Below, in pieces: positions 56,117 to 64,000 of a stretch of 64,000 bases of DNA. The stretch comes from Candidatus Hermodarchaeum yapensis (GTDB lineage: Archaea > Asgardarchaeota > Hermodarchaeia > Hermodarchaeales > Hermodarchaeaceae), in assembly GCA_016840405.1 (NCBI GenBank), contig JAEOSK010000006.1:9473-73472 (forward strand). The letters run 5' to 3'. Positions within the stretch are counted from its first letter, which is position 1. Each line of letters starts with the position of its first letter. The notes beneath the pieces were generated by a model that searched no databases, was not told the DNA's origin, and saw nothing but the letters and a program-made list of their open reading frames with translations. Both the position numbers and the translations under genes were made by a program.

Positions 56117-57067
56117 ATGTATCAGAAGCGCCAGTGGATTTTCTTGCAGAAAGTGTGTGCCATGGACACTGAGAAGTCGGGTACAATCTTCATACTCATT
56201 GGTCTGACAGTGTATGGAATTCATCCAATCATAGTCGAATTTGGAGGGATGGTTGTTGCTCCCCTTATCTTTGCATCAACAGCAGCGCTAATTGCAGGAT
56301 GTGTTGCACTTATTTTGGCAAGAAGGACAACACCCCCGATAAATAGGGACATTTCACGATCTGATATGAAACGACTGGTGACGGCAGGTGTTCTGGGAAC
56401 ATTCCTTGCCTTTGCTTGCTTCTTTGTTGGATTACAATTGACAAGTAGTAATAATGCGGCGGTTATTCTTCGATCCGAGTTGGTGTTTGCCTTATTGTTT
56501 GGTTATCTCTTTCTTGACGAAACGATCTCCAAGCGCCAAGCCGCGTTGATGACATTAATGCTTGGAGGAGTATTGCTCGTTTTGGCGACGACACAATTAT
56601 CAACAATAGGTTTTGGAGATATTCTCATCCTTATCACTCCCCTTGCATGGGCTGCAGGACACACCTTTGCAAAACCAACCTTGCAACGAGTTGCCACGTG
56701 GACTGTAGTAACTTATCGGAATCTTGTTGGGGGAACTTTGCTTCTCCTTCTCGCAGGAATCTTACTTTGGCTCGGAGCGCCCATAATCCTTGTTCCTAAT
56801 TTATGGCTAGTTGTTTGTGTGATTCTCGTTGAAGCCATTGTAATTCTTTTAGCCCATGGTCTTTGGTATGAAGGCATTAGTCGTATCAACCTCGGAAAGG
56901 CAACGGCTTTGATTGCTCCAGCACCTTTGGTAACATTCCTGTTATCTATCTTGATTTTTCAAATTCCTCCGACGATATGGCAACTTCTCGGAGCATTGAT
57001 TGTGATTATATCAACAATCCTCCTCAGTCGAGAGGTCAGCTTACGTCGTAATAGCGACTCGCTTTGA
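56117..57067 (+). CDS. EamA/DMT-family transporter
   Basis: About 10 TM helices with a duplicated EamA layout. Alternative ATG at 56163. Confidence 0.75.
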   Translation: MYQKRQWIFLQKVCAMDTEKSGTIFILIGLTVYGIHPIIVEFGGMVVAPLIFASTAALIAGCVALILARRTTPPINRDISRSDMKRLVTAGVLGTFLAFACFFVGLQLTSSNNAAVILRSELVFALLFGYLFLDETISKRQAALMTLMLGGVLLVLATTQLSTIGFGDILILITPLAWAAGHTFAKPTLQRVATWTVVTYRNLVGGTLLLLLAGILLWLGAPIILVPNLWLVVCVILVEAIVILLAHGLWYEGISRINLGKATALIAPAPLVTFLLSILIFQIPPTIWQLLGALIVIISTILLSREVSLRRNSDSL

Positions 57068-57147
57068 ATTAGAGAAAACAAAGATCTATTTAGAAAGATA
57101 GAAAACTGTCTACTAATTTTACTCTGAAATATTTAATGTGATAGAGC

Positions 57148-57813
57148 TTAGAGAAGCATGATGTTGTTCAAGTCATCTACCCGGAGCTTTCCAATCCGTC
57201 CCGCCGTTTCGATAACTTGCTTCAGCTCCTTTTGATCTACATCTAATGTAAAGTATTTCTTGAGCCCTTGAGTGATGTCTTTGATGCTGAGTGAACGGTT
57301 TTTATCACCATCAAAGAGTTTGATGGTAAGATTGCGAAGGTCTTCGAAGCGGTTCCAAAACCAAATGAACCAAATCCAGTCGCTTTCTTTCACTGTATAG
57401 TAGTCGGGTTCGATTTCAGAGACTGTTAGATAGAGCATGACAGCGAGTTTGGCTTCTTTAGCTCCCAAATCATTGACATACTTTAGAGTTTGAACAGCTG
57501 AACGCCCTGTGTCGACAATATCATCGATAACGAGTACGCGCTGCCCTTTTACGGGGAGGGGAGAGCGAACTGGTATGACTGCGTCTTCCTGATGTTCGGC
57601 TGTGGTGTCTAGCCAGTGTTCGACTTTGAGGGCATATAGGTTGGGGTTCCCCATGAAGTCTGACATTAAGCGTCCGGGAACAAAACCACTTCGAGCAATT
57701 GCCAAGAGAAGGTCCGGTTCGTATCCTGAATCGGTTACCTTGAAGGCAAGCTTTTTCGAATAATCATAGATTTCGTCATAACTGACGAATTGACATTTTA
57801 TTGCTTCAACCAT
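57148..57813 (-). CDS. Purine phosphoribosyltransferase (archaeal Hpt-like) with a C-terminal extension of about 65 aa
   Basis: VLVIDDIVDTGRS PRPP motif and an N-terminus YDEIYDYSKKLAFKV...LLAIARSGFVPGR. Confidence 0.8.
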   Translation of the reverse strand: MVEAIKCQFVSYDEIYDYSKKLAFKVTDSGYEPDLLLAIARSGFVPGRLMSDFMGNPNLYALKVEHWLDTTAEHQEDAVIPVRSPLPVKGQRVLVIDDIVDTGRSAVQTLKYVNDLGAKEAKLAVMLYLTVSEIEPDYYTVKESDWIWFIWFWNRFEDLRNLTIKLFDGDKNRSLSIKDITQGLKKYFTLDVDQKELKQVIETAGRIGKLRVDDLNNIMLL

Positions 57814-57894
57814 GAGACACAGCTCCTACTGAGCGTGCACGAGCCAAAAAGGTGGCACTTCCATAAAAGTGTCTAGCCCATCTACTTGGTGCAT

Positions 57895-58971
57895 TCAATC
57901 CTTCAGGTAGGAACGTAATACACGAAGGGCTCGAAGTGTTATCCATTTGGAGGGTTTTCCCTTCTTCTCAATGTCATGCCAGAATTTTCCGTTGAATGTG
58001 TGTTTGAGTAACCATTTGCCATCAGATTGTTGTGTTTTCAAGACGATGTTAATTGATTCGTCCATTCGGGGATCTTTGACACCTAGACGGGTGAGTGTGT
58101 CAAGGACTTCGAGGATATCTGAGTTATAGAAAAGTGGGAACCCAAACCGTTTCCAACCCGCCTTCTCCTTACGAGTGCCATCGGGATGTCTGAGATATTT
58201 GAAAATTTGATTTTCAAAGATGAGTTCAACAATTTGATCGATAATTGCATTGATCCGTTTTGAACGGTATTGATTGGGAAAAGTGGAGAATGCTTTCAGC
58301 ACTTTGCACAGCCCCATGTAGCATAACTGTGGGAAAACTGTCTCAGCATTTATGGGATAAGCGCGACACTTCCATCCAACTTGTGTATCATCATAGTGAT
58401 CGAGAAGGAAGTGGACTGTCTTTTGTGTTCGGGGGTCATCCAGATAACCAAAATGTGTTAGGTAGTAGAGGATGTTTGCATCAAGGCAACATGTATCACT
58501 GACTGTGCTAGCATATCCCCGGTCGGTTTTGGGGCGTACAGTAGTAAAGTGACCTGAATTGAGTTGGAAGGTGAAGAGCTGCTCAATTCCACGTTCAATA
58601 GCTGGTAATCGTTTTATTCCGAATTCAGCCAGAATAAGAAGAGAGTGAGTCGTAGCAGTGTATTTATTCGCGTAGATATGTTCTGGCTTCGCCCAATACC
58701 CTTCGGGATATTGGGCATTAAGAATGGCCTGAACCTCAGGAGATTGAGGGATAGCATCCTGAGCAGTCAGAACTTCAGAATCCGTAGGAGACAAATTCTT
58801 GAGATGTTGTAAGGCCCAAAACCGAACGCTAGGGGTTTCTGAATCTAGAAGCCACTCGATTACTTCGGGACGGGCTATGTCGTGATAAATCATAGTTTTA
58901 AAATCATGTCCAAGAGGATAAAAAGGTGTGAGAAGGGGAATTACGGAGTCAGTATACTTGAGGACAAACAT
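57895..58971 (-). CDS. Hypothetical protein, possibly alpha/alpha-toroid (prenyltransferase/terpene-cyclase-like repeats)
   Basis: 358 aa with recurring aromatic-rich helical segments (GYW, DGKW). No catalytic motif recognised. Confidence 0.45.
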   Translation of the reverse strand: MFVLKYTDSVIPLLTPFYPLGHDFKTMIYHDIARPEVIEWLLDSETPSVRFWALQHLKNLSPTDSEVLTAQDAIPQSPEVQAILNAQYPEGYWAKPEHIYANKYTATTHSLLILAEFGIKRLPAIERGIEQLFTFQLNSGHFTTVRPKTDRGYASTVSDTCCLDANILYYLTHFGYLDDPRTQKTVHFLLDHYDDTQVGWKCRAYPINAETVFPQLCYMGLCKVLKAFSTFPNQYRSKRINAIIDQIVELIFENQIFKYLRHPDGTRKEKAGWKRFGFPLFYNSDILEVLDTLTRLGVKDPRMDESINIVLKTQQSDGKWLLKHTFNGKFWHDIEKKGKPSKWITLRALRVLRSYLKD

Positions 58972-59003
58972 TCCAGGCAGTGACGGAATAAGGTATAGAT
59001 GAG

Positions 59004-59816
59004 CTAGACCGCGCCCTCTAAAGCCTTGTCACAATTGCACTTGTCCTGGGTTTCAGACATATTGGGAATGACTTCGTTGAGGAGTTTTTTGACTTTGCCG
59101 AGATTTTCACCCATGGTTTTTTGGACTTCCTCGTGGCTGACTGGTTTCTCAGCATACACGTCATAGTCGGTGATCATGGAAACATTGGTGAAGCAGAGTT
59201 GAGCCTCACGTGCAAGGTACACTTCGGGGTGTAGAGTCATACCAATGATATGGAAACCTTGAGATCGGTAGAATCGTGACTCCGCCTTCGTTGAGAATTG
59301 GGGTCCTTCAATCGTGATGAGTGTGCCTTTATGGTGATAAGGTAGTTTGAGGGCTTTGGCTTTGCTGGCGATGAAATTTGAGAGGTCAGGACAGAAGGGT
59401 TCGGCAACAGACACATGAGCGACTGTACCTTCTTCAAAGAAAGTACGTTTGCGGCTTCGGGTCCAATCAAAAGCTTGGTCAGGAATAAAGAGGTCACCCG
59501 GTTTGATTTCGTCTTGAAGGCTGCCAACGGCTGAAACCGTGATAAGACGTTTGACACCGAGTGATTTGAGAGCCCAAATGTTAGCTCGATAGTTAACTAG
59601 GTGTGGAGGGTAGGAGTGGGCGCGACCGTGACGAGGGATGAAGGCGACACGTCGGTTTTTGAGTGTCCCAATCATAACTTTGTCAGAGGGAGCTCCGAAA
59701 GGTGTGTAAATCTTGAATTCCTTAATTTCGGTGAACACTTCAGGGTCATAAACACCAGTACCACCGATCATACCAATGGTGACTTTTTCAGGTGATTTGA
59801 CAAGCATTTCTCTCAC
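59004..59816 (-). CDS. mtnP: S-methyl-5'-thioadenosine phosphorylase
   Basis: IGMIGGTGVY, FIPRHGRAHSYPPHLVNYRANIWALKSLGV and ITDYD motifs. Confidence 0.9.
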   Translation of the reverse strand: MREMLVKSPEKVTIGMIGGTGVYDPEVFTEIKEFKIYTPFGAPSDKVMIGTLKNRRVAFIPRHGRAHSYPPHLVNYRANIWALKSLGVKRLITVSAVGSLQDEIKPGDLFIPDQAFDWTRSRKRTFFEEGTVAHVSVAEPFCPDLSNFIASKAKALKLPYHHKGTLITIEGPQFSTKAESRFYRSQGFHIIGMTLHPEVYLAREAQLCFTNVSMITDYDVYAEKPVSHEEVQKTMGENLGKVKKLLNEVIPNMSETQDKCNCDKALEGAV

Positions 59817-59909
59817 TTATATTGTTGAATGATTTCGTAAACGTGAAAGGGGTATCGGGTTCTGCTCTTAAGTCTGTATGGTTGGCTTCAAGTGGTTAAG
59901 CGCAGAGTA

Positions 59910-60374
59910 TTAAGAGACTTTTTCGAGTTGTACTTCACCATAAAGTTTGAAGTCCTCTCCCTTCTTTGCCTGTTCCAACCCTTCTAAAATCTGAGTGGGA
60001 GAAACTTTGGTAATAAATGAGCACCAGCGCGTTCCTTTAAATTGTGTAGGAAGAGGTTCGAACGTTATATCGAAGCGGAGTGCAGTAGAAGAGTGTTCAT
60101 AGGAGACTTCATTGGTAACGAACCCATATGAGAAGAATGATTTTCTTCGAAACACCTTGTTGAGAACATCAAAGAAGAGTACAGAAATTTCTTGATTGAT
60201 AATTTTGTCATTCTGTTTGGTTTCATATATTCCCATGATGGCCCTCCTACCTAATTCCAGAGTAAGCTTAATGATGCTTTCTAATTCGCCTGTTTCACCA
60301 AACTGATCTGTTGATCTGCCCTTCCATTGTCCAATCAAGAAGTGCCAGTCCTCAAGAGGGGAATCTGTTGTCAT
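59910..60374 (-). CDS. Hypothetical protein (beta-barrel/lipocalin-like impression)
   Basis: ATG 60374 (MTTDSPLEDWHFLIGQWKG) is preferred over the track start 60497. No firm motif. Confidence 0.4.
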   Translation of the reverse strand: MTTDSPLEDWHFLIGQWKGRSTDQFGETGELESIIKLTLELGRRAIMGIYETKQNDKIINQEISVLFFDVLNKVFRRKSFFSYGFVTNEVSYEHSSTALRFDITFEPLPTQFKGTRWCSFITKVSPTQILEGLEQAKKGEDFKLYGEVQLEKVS

Positions 60375-60526
60375 GATTTGCCACCGGACAGTTCTATCGT
60401 TATTGGCAGGCACACTGCATGGCAAACGATAAAGGTCTTTGGAAATGCCGAAACCTACCCAATTAATAACCATTAGATTGTCTAAGGAGTCAAGCACTGC
60501 TGTGAATCCTGAGTTGGTGGTTTTTT

Positions 60527-60967
60527 ATGTCGCGTGACCGTGAACTTGAATTGGAATCCGAACTGCGTGGACGAACCCTTCGAGTTTATTTTGAAATGTT
60601 ATCTGTACGGGGAGCAATCGGACCGCGTGAATTACAACGGAAGCTAAGTTTGTCTTCTCCCAGCCTGGCAGCGTATCATCTGGATAAATTAGTTGAGTTG
60701 GGTCTCGTTCAACGAGAGCGGGGAGAGTATTCCGTTGAGGAAGTGGTTCAGGTTGGAGTCTTAAAGCAGTTCATTTGGATAGGTCGACGGGGATTACCAC
60801 GTCACCTCTTCTATGCGGCGTTCTTCACGGGAGCATTGATCACCTATATGGTGCTATACCCACAATACCTGACTTTCGCGAATGTGGCTGCATGGCTCTT
60901 CGGATTTAGCGCTATGGGGTTGTTGTGGTATGAAACATGGCGATCCCTTCGAGATGTACCGAAATGA
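60527..60967 (+). CDS. Winged-helix domain protein with a two-TM C-terminal segment
   Basis: LRVYFEMLSVRGAIGPRELQRKLSLSSPSLAAYHLDKLVELGLV followed by two hydrophobic helices. Confidence 0.6.
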   Translation: MSRDRELELESELRGRTLRVYFEMLSVRGAIGPRELQRKLSLSSPSLAAYHLDKLVELGLVQRERGEYSVEEVVQVGVLKQFIWIGRRGLPRHLFYAAFFTGALITYMVLYPQYLTFANVAAWLFGFSAMGLLWYETWRSLRDVPK

Positions 60968-61023
60968 GGTGTTCTAAAACGTAGTCTAATAACCTACACC
61001 TACCACATTATAGGTGAACAATC

Positions 61024-61341
61024 GTGTCGACACAAACATCAAAAAAACGGAACCGGCGACGTGAACTTTACTTAATTGCTGGATTAGTGGTCGGTATATG
61101 TCTCATGATTACACCAGTTCTTTTTCATGCAACAATGGGTTCCCTATCCCCATTCACACGGGTTTACTCGGAAGGCGAATTCTGGGCTTCCGGGACAATT
61201 GTCACTCCTTTAGATGTGATCATCGAGCTGTTTTGGTTAGTTGTCCCGATAATTTTTCTGATTATTGTTCTCTATGTTTTAGGCGGACGCCGGACGCGTT
61301 GGGCGGGATATGATGAAGCCGTCAAATTGACCCGTCGTTAA
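61024..61341 (+). CDS. Hypothetical small membrane protein
   Basis: 105 aa with two TM helices. GTG start. Confidence 0.4.
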   Translation: MSTQTSKKRNRRRELYLIAGLVVGICLMITPVLFHATMGSLSPFTRVYSEGEFWASGTIVTPLDVIIELFWLVVPIIFLIIVLYVLGGRRTRWAGYDEAVKLTRR

Positions 61342-61448
61342 AAGCGTCTTATGGTAGAGCCAGTGCTTAAGAGCATTTAAGAGGCATAAATTGGTCAGAG
61401 CAGTACTAAGGCAAAAACACGTGATTATGAAAATATCCAAGAGATATC

Positions 61449-63263
61449 GTGATATCTAGTTTAGTGAGAGTATGGGTTATGCGAATGACAGCATCTGAAC
61501 TTCGGAAGCGCTACATTCAGTTCTTCAAAGAAAAGGACCATGCTGTTATTCCTTCAGCCTCACTAATTCCACAACTGGACCCAACTGTTCTATTCATGAG
61601 TGCGGGCATGCAACCACTTGTGCCTTTCCTCCTTGGTCAACCCCATCCCCAAGGCACTCGATTAGTCAATGTGCAAAAGTGTATTCGAACAGATGATATT
61701 GATGAAGTAGGAGATACTTTCCATCTCACCTTTTTTGAAATGCTGGGCAATTGGTCATTGGGTGATTATTGGAAACGTGAAGCTATCGAAATGGCAATGG
61801 AATTTCTCACAAACCCAAAAACCGGGCTAGGATTGAAGAAACAGATTTTACACATTACTGTCTTTGAAGGTGATGATCAGGTCCCTTTCGACGAAGAAGC
61901 CGCCAGTGTGTGGGAAGAGCTTGGAATTTCTCGTGATCAAATTCACCCACTCCCATACAAAGATAATTGGTGGGCTCTCGGGGATACAGGACCACAGGGA
62001 CCTGACACCGAGATTTTCGTTGATATTGGTACACCACTATGTTCTGATGAGTGCCGTCCAGGTTGCGGATGCGAGAAGTTTGTTGAAATCTGGAATCTCG
62101 TCTTTATGAGTTATGATCGATCTGAAGATGGAACACTTACACCACTGGAAAAGAAGAATATCGATACGGGCATGGGGCTAGAACGTGCCCTCCAAGTCCT
62201 CAACAAACTACCCAGCGTATTTGAGACCGGTGTGTTCAAGCCGATAATGGATAAAATTCGTGAAATCACAAAGATTTCTGATTCTACACCAGAACAGATG
62301 CGATCAATGCGTATTATTGCTGATCACATCCGTTCAGCAGTGATGGCACTAGCAGATGACCAAGGACTTGTCCCATCGAATGTGGAACGGGGATATGTCA
62401 TACGCCGCTTACTTCGAGTTGCCATTCGGCAAGGTCTCCAGCTTGGCATCGAAGACTATTTTCTCAAGCAAATCGTTCCAGAAGTCTTTGACATACTAGG
62501 AAAGGAATACGATGAGCTCCTGAGAAACAAGACACATGTTCTTAATGAAATTGAAAAGGAAGAGAAACGATTCCGTACGACGGTTCGTCGAGGTCTCCGG
62601 ATTGCAGAGCGGACGCTGAAAGAAAAAGGCATTCTAACCGGAAAAGATGCGTTCATGTTATTTGCGACCTATGGCTTCCCCATCGAAATGACCGTTCAGA
62701 TTGCTGAAGAGAATGGCCAGAAAGTCGACTTGGATGAATTTCGAAAGGAGTTTGAAAAGCATCAACAAATTTCCCGTGATGCAACGCAACACCGTTTTAC
62801 GAGCGGATTGGCGGATCATTCAGAAGAAGTTATCCAGCTTCATACGGCAACCCATTTACTTCATACTGCGCTACATCGTTTCATTGGATCTTCTGTTTAT
62901 CAGAAGGGCAGCAATATTACCAAAGAACGATTGCGATTGGATGTTCAGTTAAATCGCAAATTAACTCCTGAGGAATTACAGCAAATTGAAGAATGGGTTA
63001 ACAAGATAATTCAACGTGATTTACCCGTTACTTTTGAAACCATGACTCCAGAAGAAGCCCAAAAACAAGGCGCTTTAGGTTTCTTCGGGGAAAAATATGG
63101 AGAACATGTCAAGGTCTATTCAGTGGGGGATGTCTCTAAAGAAATCTGTAGTGGACCTCATGTTGAAAATACTGGTCTTCTAGGCACGTTTCGTGTCGTA
63201 AAACAGAAACGAATCGGTGCTGATACGCTTCGCTTACGAGCCGTACTAGAACAGAAAGACTAG
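61449..63263 (+). CDS. alaS: Alanine--tRNA ligase, bacterial type, short form lacking the C-Ala domain
   Basis: ELRKRYIQFFKEKDHAVIPSASLIP..DPTVLFMSAGMQ, CIRTDDIDEVGD..HLTFFEMLGNWSLGDYWK, editing-domain HTATHLLHTALH and CSGPHV. The likely start is ATG 61479 or 61485. Confidence 0.9.
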   Translation: MISSLVRVWVMRMTASELRKRYIQFFKEKDHAVIPSASLIPQLDPTVLFMSAGMQPLVPFLLGQPHPQGTRLVNVQKCIRTDDIDEVGDTFHLTFFEMLGNWSLGDYWKREAIEMAMEFLTNPKTGLGLKKQILHITVFEGDDQVPFDEEAASVWEELGISRDQIHPLPYKDNWWALGDTGPQGPDTEIFVDIGTPLCSDECRPGCGCEKFVEIWNLVFMSYDRSEDGTLTPLEKKNIDTGMGLERALQVLNKLPSVFETGVFKPIMDKIREITKISDSTPEQMRSMRIIADHIRSAVMALADDQGLVPSNVERGYVIRRLLRVAIRQGLQLGIEDYFLKQIVPEVFDILGKEYDELLRNKTHVLNEIEKEEKRFRTTVRRGLRIAERTLKEKGILTGKDAFMLFATYGFPIEMTVQIAEENGQKVDLDEFRKEFEKHQQISRDATQHRFTSGLADHSEEVIQLHTATHLLHTALHRFIGSSVYQKGSNITKERLRLDVQLNRKLTPEELQQIEEWVNKIIQRDLPVTFETMTPEEAQKQGALGFFGEKYGEHVKVYSVGDVSKEICSGPHVENTGLLGTFRVVKQKRIGADTLRLRAVLEQKD

Positions 63264-63291
63264 CACATGGTTAACATGTTGTGAGTGATTT

Positions 63292-63786
63292 TCAAGATAA
63301 AGCGTCTTTCTTTTCTAAGGGAAGCGGCATAATGTACATTTGGGAGATATACTGGGAACCTCCACAGGCACAAGTTCCTGCTTTCTTGAAAACAAAATCG
63401 TCCTTTTCCCAAATCCGTTCACTAGTGCGGCCACACTCATCACATTGAAGCTTAACTACGACTCCAATTTTCCTGTATTCAAGAATATAGCGGTTGAGAC
63501 GAGCATTAACAGTTCCCGCAATGCCATAGATAACCATGGATAAAACAAAAGTGAGCATCAGTAGATAGTAAAACCATTGAGGTAAAGGAAAGCCAGAACC
63601 TGTTAGGATCAGGGGAATATATGTCATATACATAAGAATACCTAATTCAATCATGAGTGAAACAAGTAGTGCTGAAGAGATGAGCCCCATGATTCGACTT
63701 GTTCGTGCATACGATTGGATACGCTGAACTAGCCTACGAACATGATCAATGGTGGGTTTGGGTTCTTGCCATGGTTCTACTGTCAT
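63292..63786 (-). CDS. Hypothetical membrane protein with a C-terminal zinc ribbon
   Basis: Three TM helices, then CDECG...CACGG. Confidence 0.5.
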   Translation of the reverse strand: MTVEPWQEPKPTIDHVRRLVQRIQSYARTSRIMGLISSALLVSLMIELGILMYMTYIPLILTGSGFPLPQWFYYLLMLTFVLSMVIYGIAGTVNARLNRYILEYRKIGVVVKLQCDECGRTSERIWEKDDFVFKKAGTCACGGSQYISQMYIMPLPLEKKDALS

Positions 63787-63865
63787 TCTTCGTCATGGGG
63801 GCAAAGTAAACGAAGGCTTAAAAGACTTCCGAAGCTGCACCTAGTCCAAGGAGCCCTACTTTGTG

Positions 63866-64000
63866 ATGAATCCACAGAAGAGAGTAAATATTGACGAAAA
63901 AGCTATGAAATCTGATTCTCCTGTTTTAGCAGTTGATGCCGTTATTCAATTGGAGGATGGAAACATCATTTTCATTCAACGACAGAACCCCCCGTTTCAA
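63866..64000 (+). CDS. Probable NUDIX hydrolase, N-terminal fragment (runs off the right edge)
   Basis: My translation is MNPQKRVNIDEKAMKSDSPVLAVDAVIQLEDGNIIFIQRQNPPFQ. The VDAVI...G.IIFIQR pattern is typical of the strand preceding the Nudix box. Confidence 0.45.
   Translation, partial: MNPQKRVNIDEKAMKSDSPVLAVDAVIQLEDGNIIFIQRQNPPFQ

Overview
The window looks like a chromosomal segment from an uncultivated anaerobic archaeon. Evidence: F420-dependent methylene-H4MPT dehydrogenase (Mtd), an FrhB-family protein, Alba, archaeal TATA-like promoters, Shine-Dalgarno sites, and eukaryote-like E2F/DP and PDCD5 proteins. An Asgard- or Bathyarchaeia-like organism is plausible, but the sequence alone cannot prove it. 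Coding density is high, with about 75 CDS on both strands. I saw no rRNA, convincing tRNA or CRISPR array.

Main content:
- A split Mbh/Mrp-type (group-4 hydrogenase-like) membrane module plus HypD.
- Mtd and FrhB.
- An aldehyde:ferredoxin oxidoreductase / Fe-alcohol dehydrogenase operon.
- Three TnpB-type (IS200/IS605 OrfB) elements: one intact, one with an in-frame TAG, and one frameshifted with no zinc finger.
- A cluster of two Zn-ribbon/TM paralogs, a helical protein and an SPFH protein with C-terminal Zn-ribbons. It resembles bacterial YdjG/H/I-PspA and is interrupted by the intact TnpB element.
- Two paralogous secreted, sequon-rich surface proteins flanking a wHTH-RDD membrane regulator.
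- An iron/redox island: peroxiredoxin, ferritin, tandem bacterioferritin-like genes, hemerythrin, and NAD salvage pncA/pncB.
- An ORF-poor, highly structured region of about 450-500 nt next to an Alba gene that carries a Lys-rich tail.
- A complete bacillithiol-type bshA/bshB/bshC set.
- A very long bactofilin-like beta-helix protein.
- A bacterial-type short AlaRS.

All functional calls rest on motifs I recognised by eye in the supplied translations. No database search was run.
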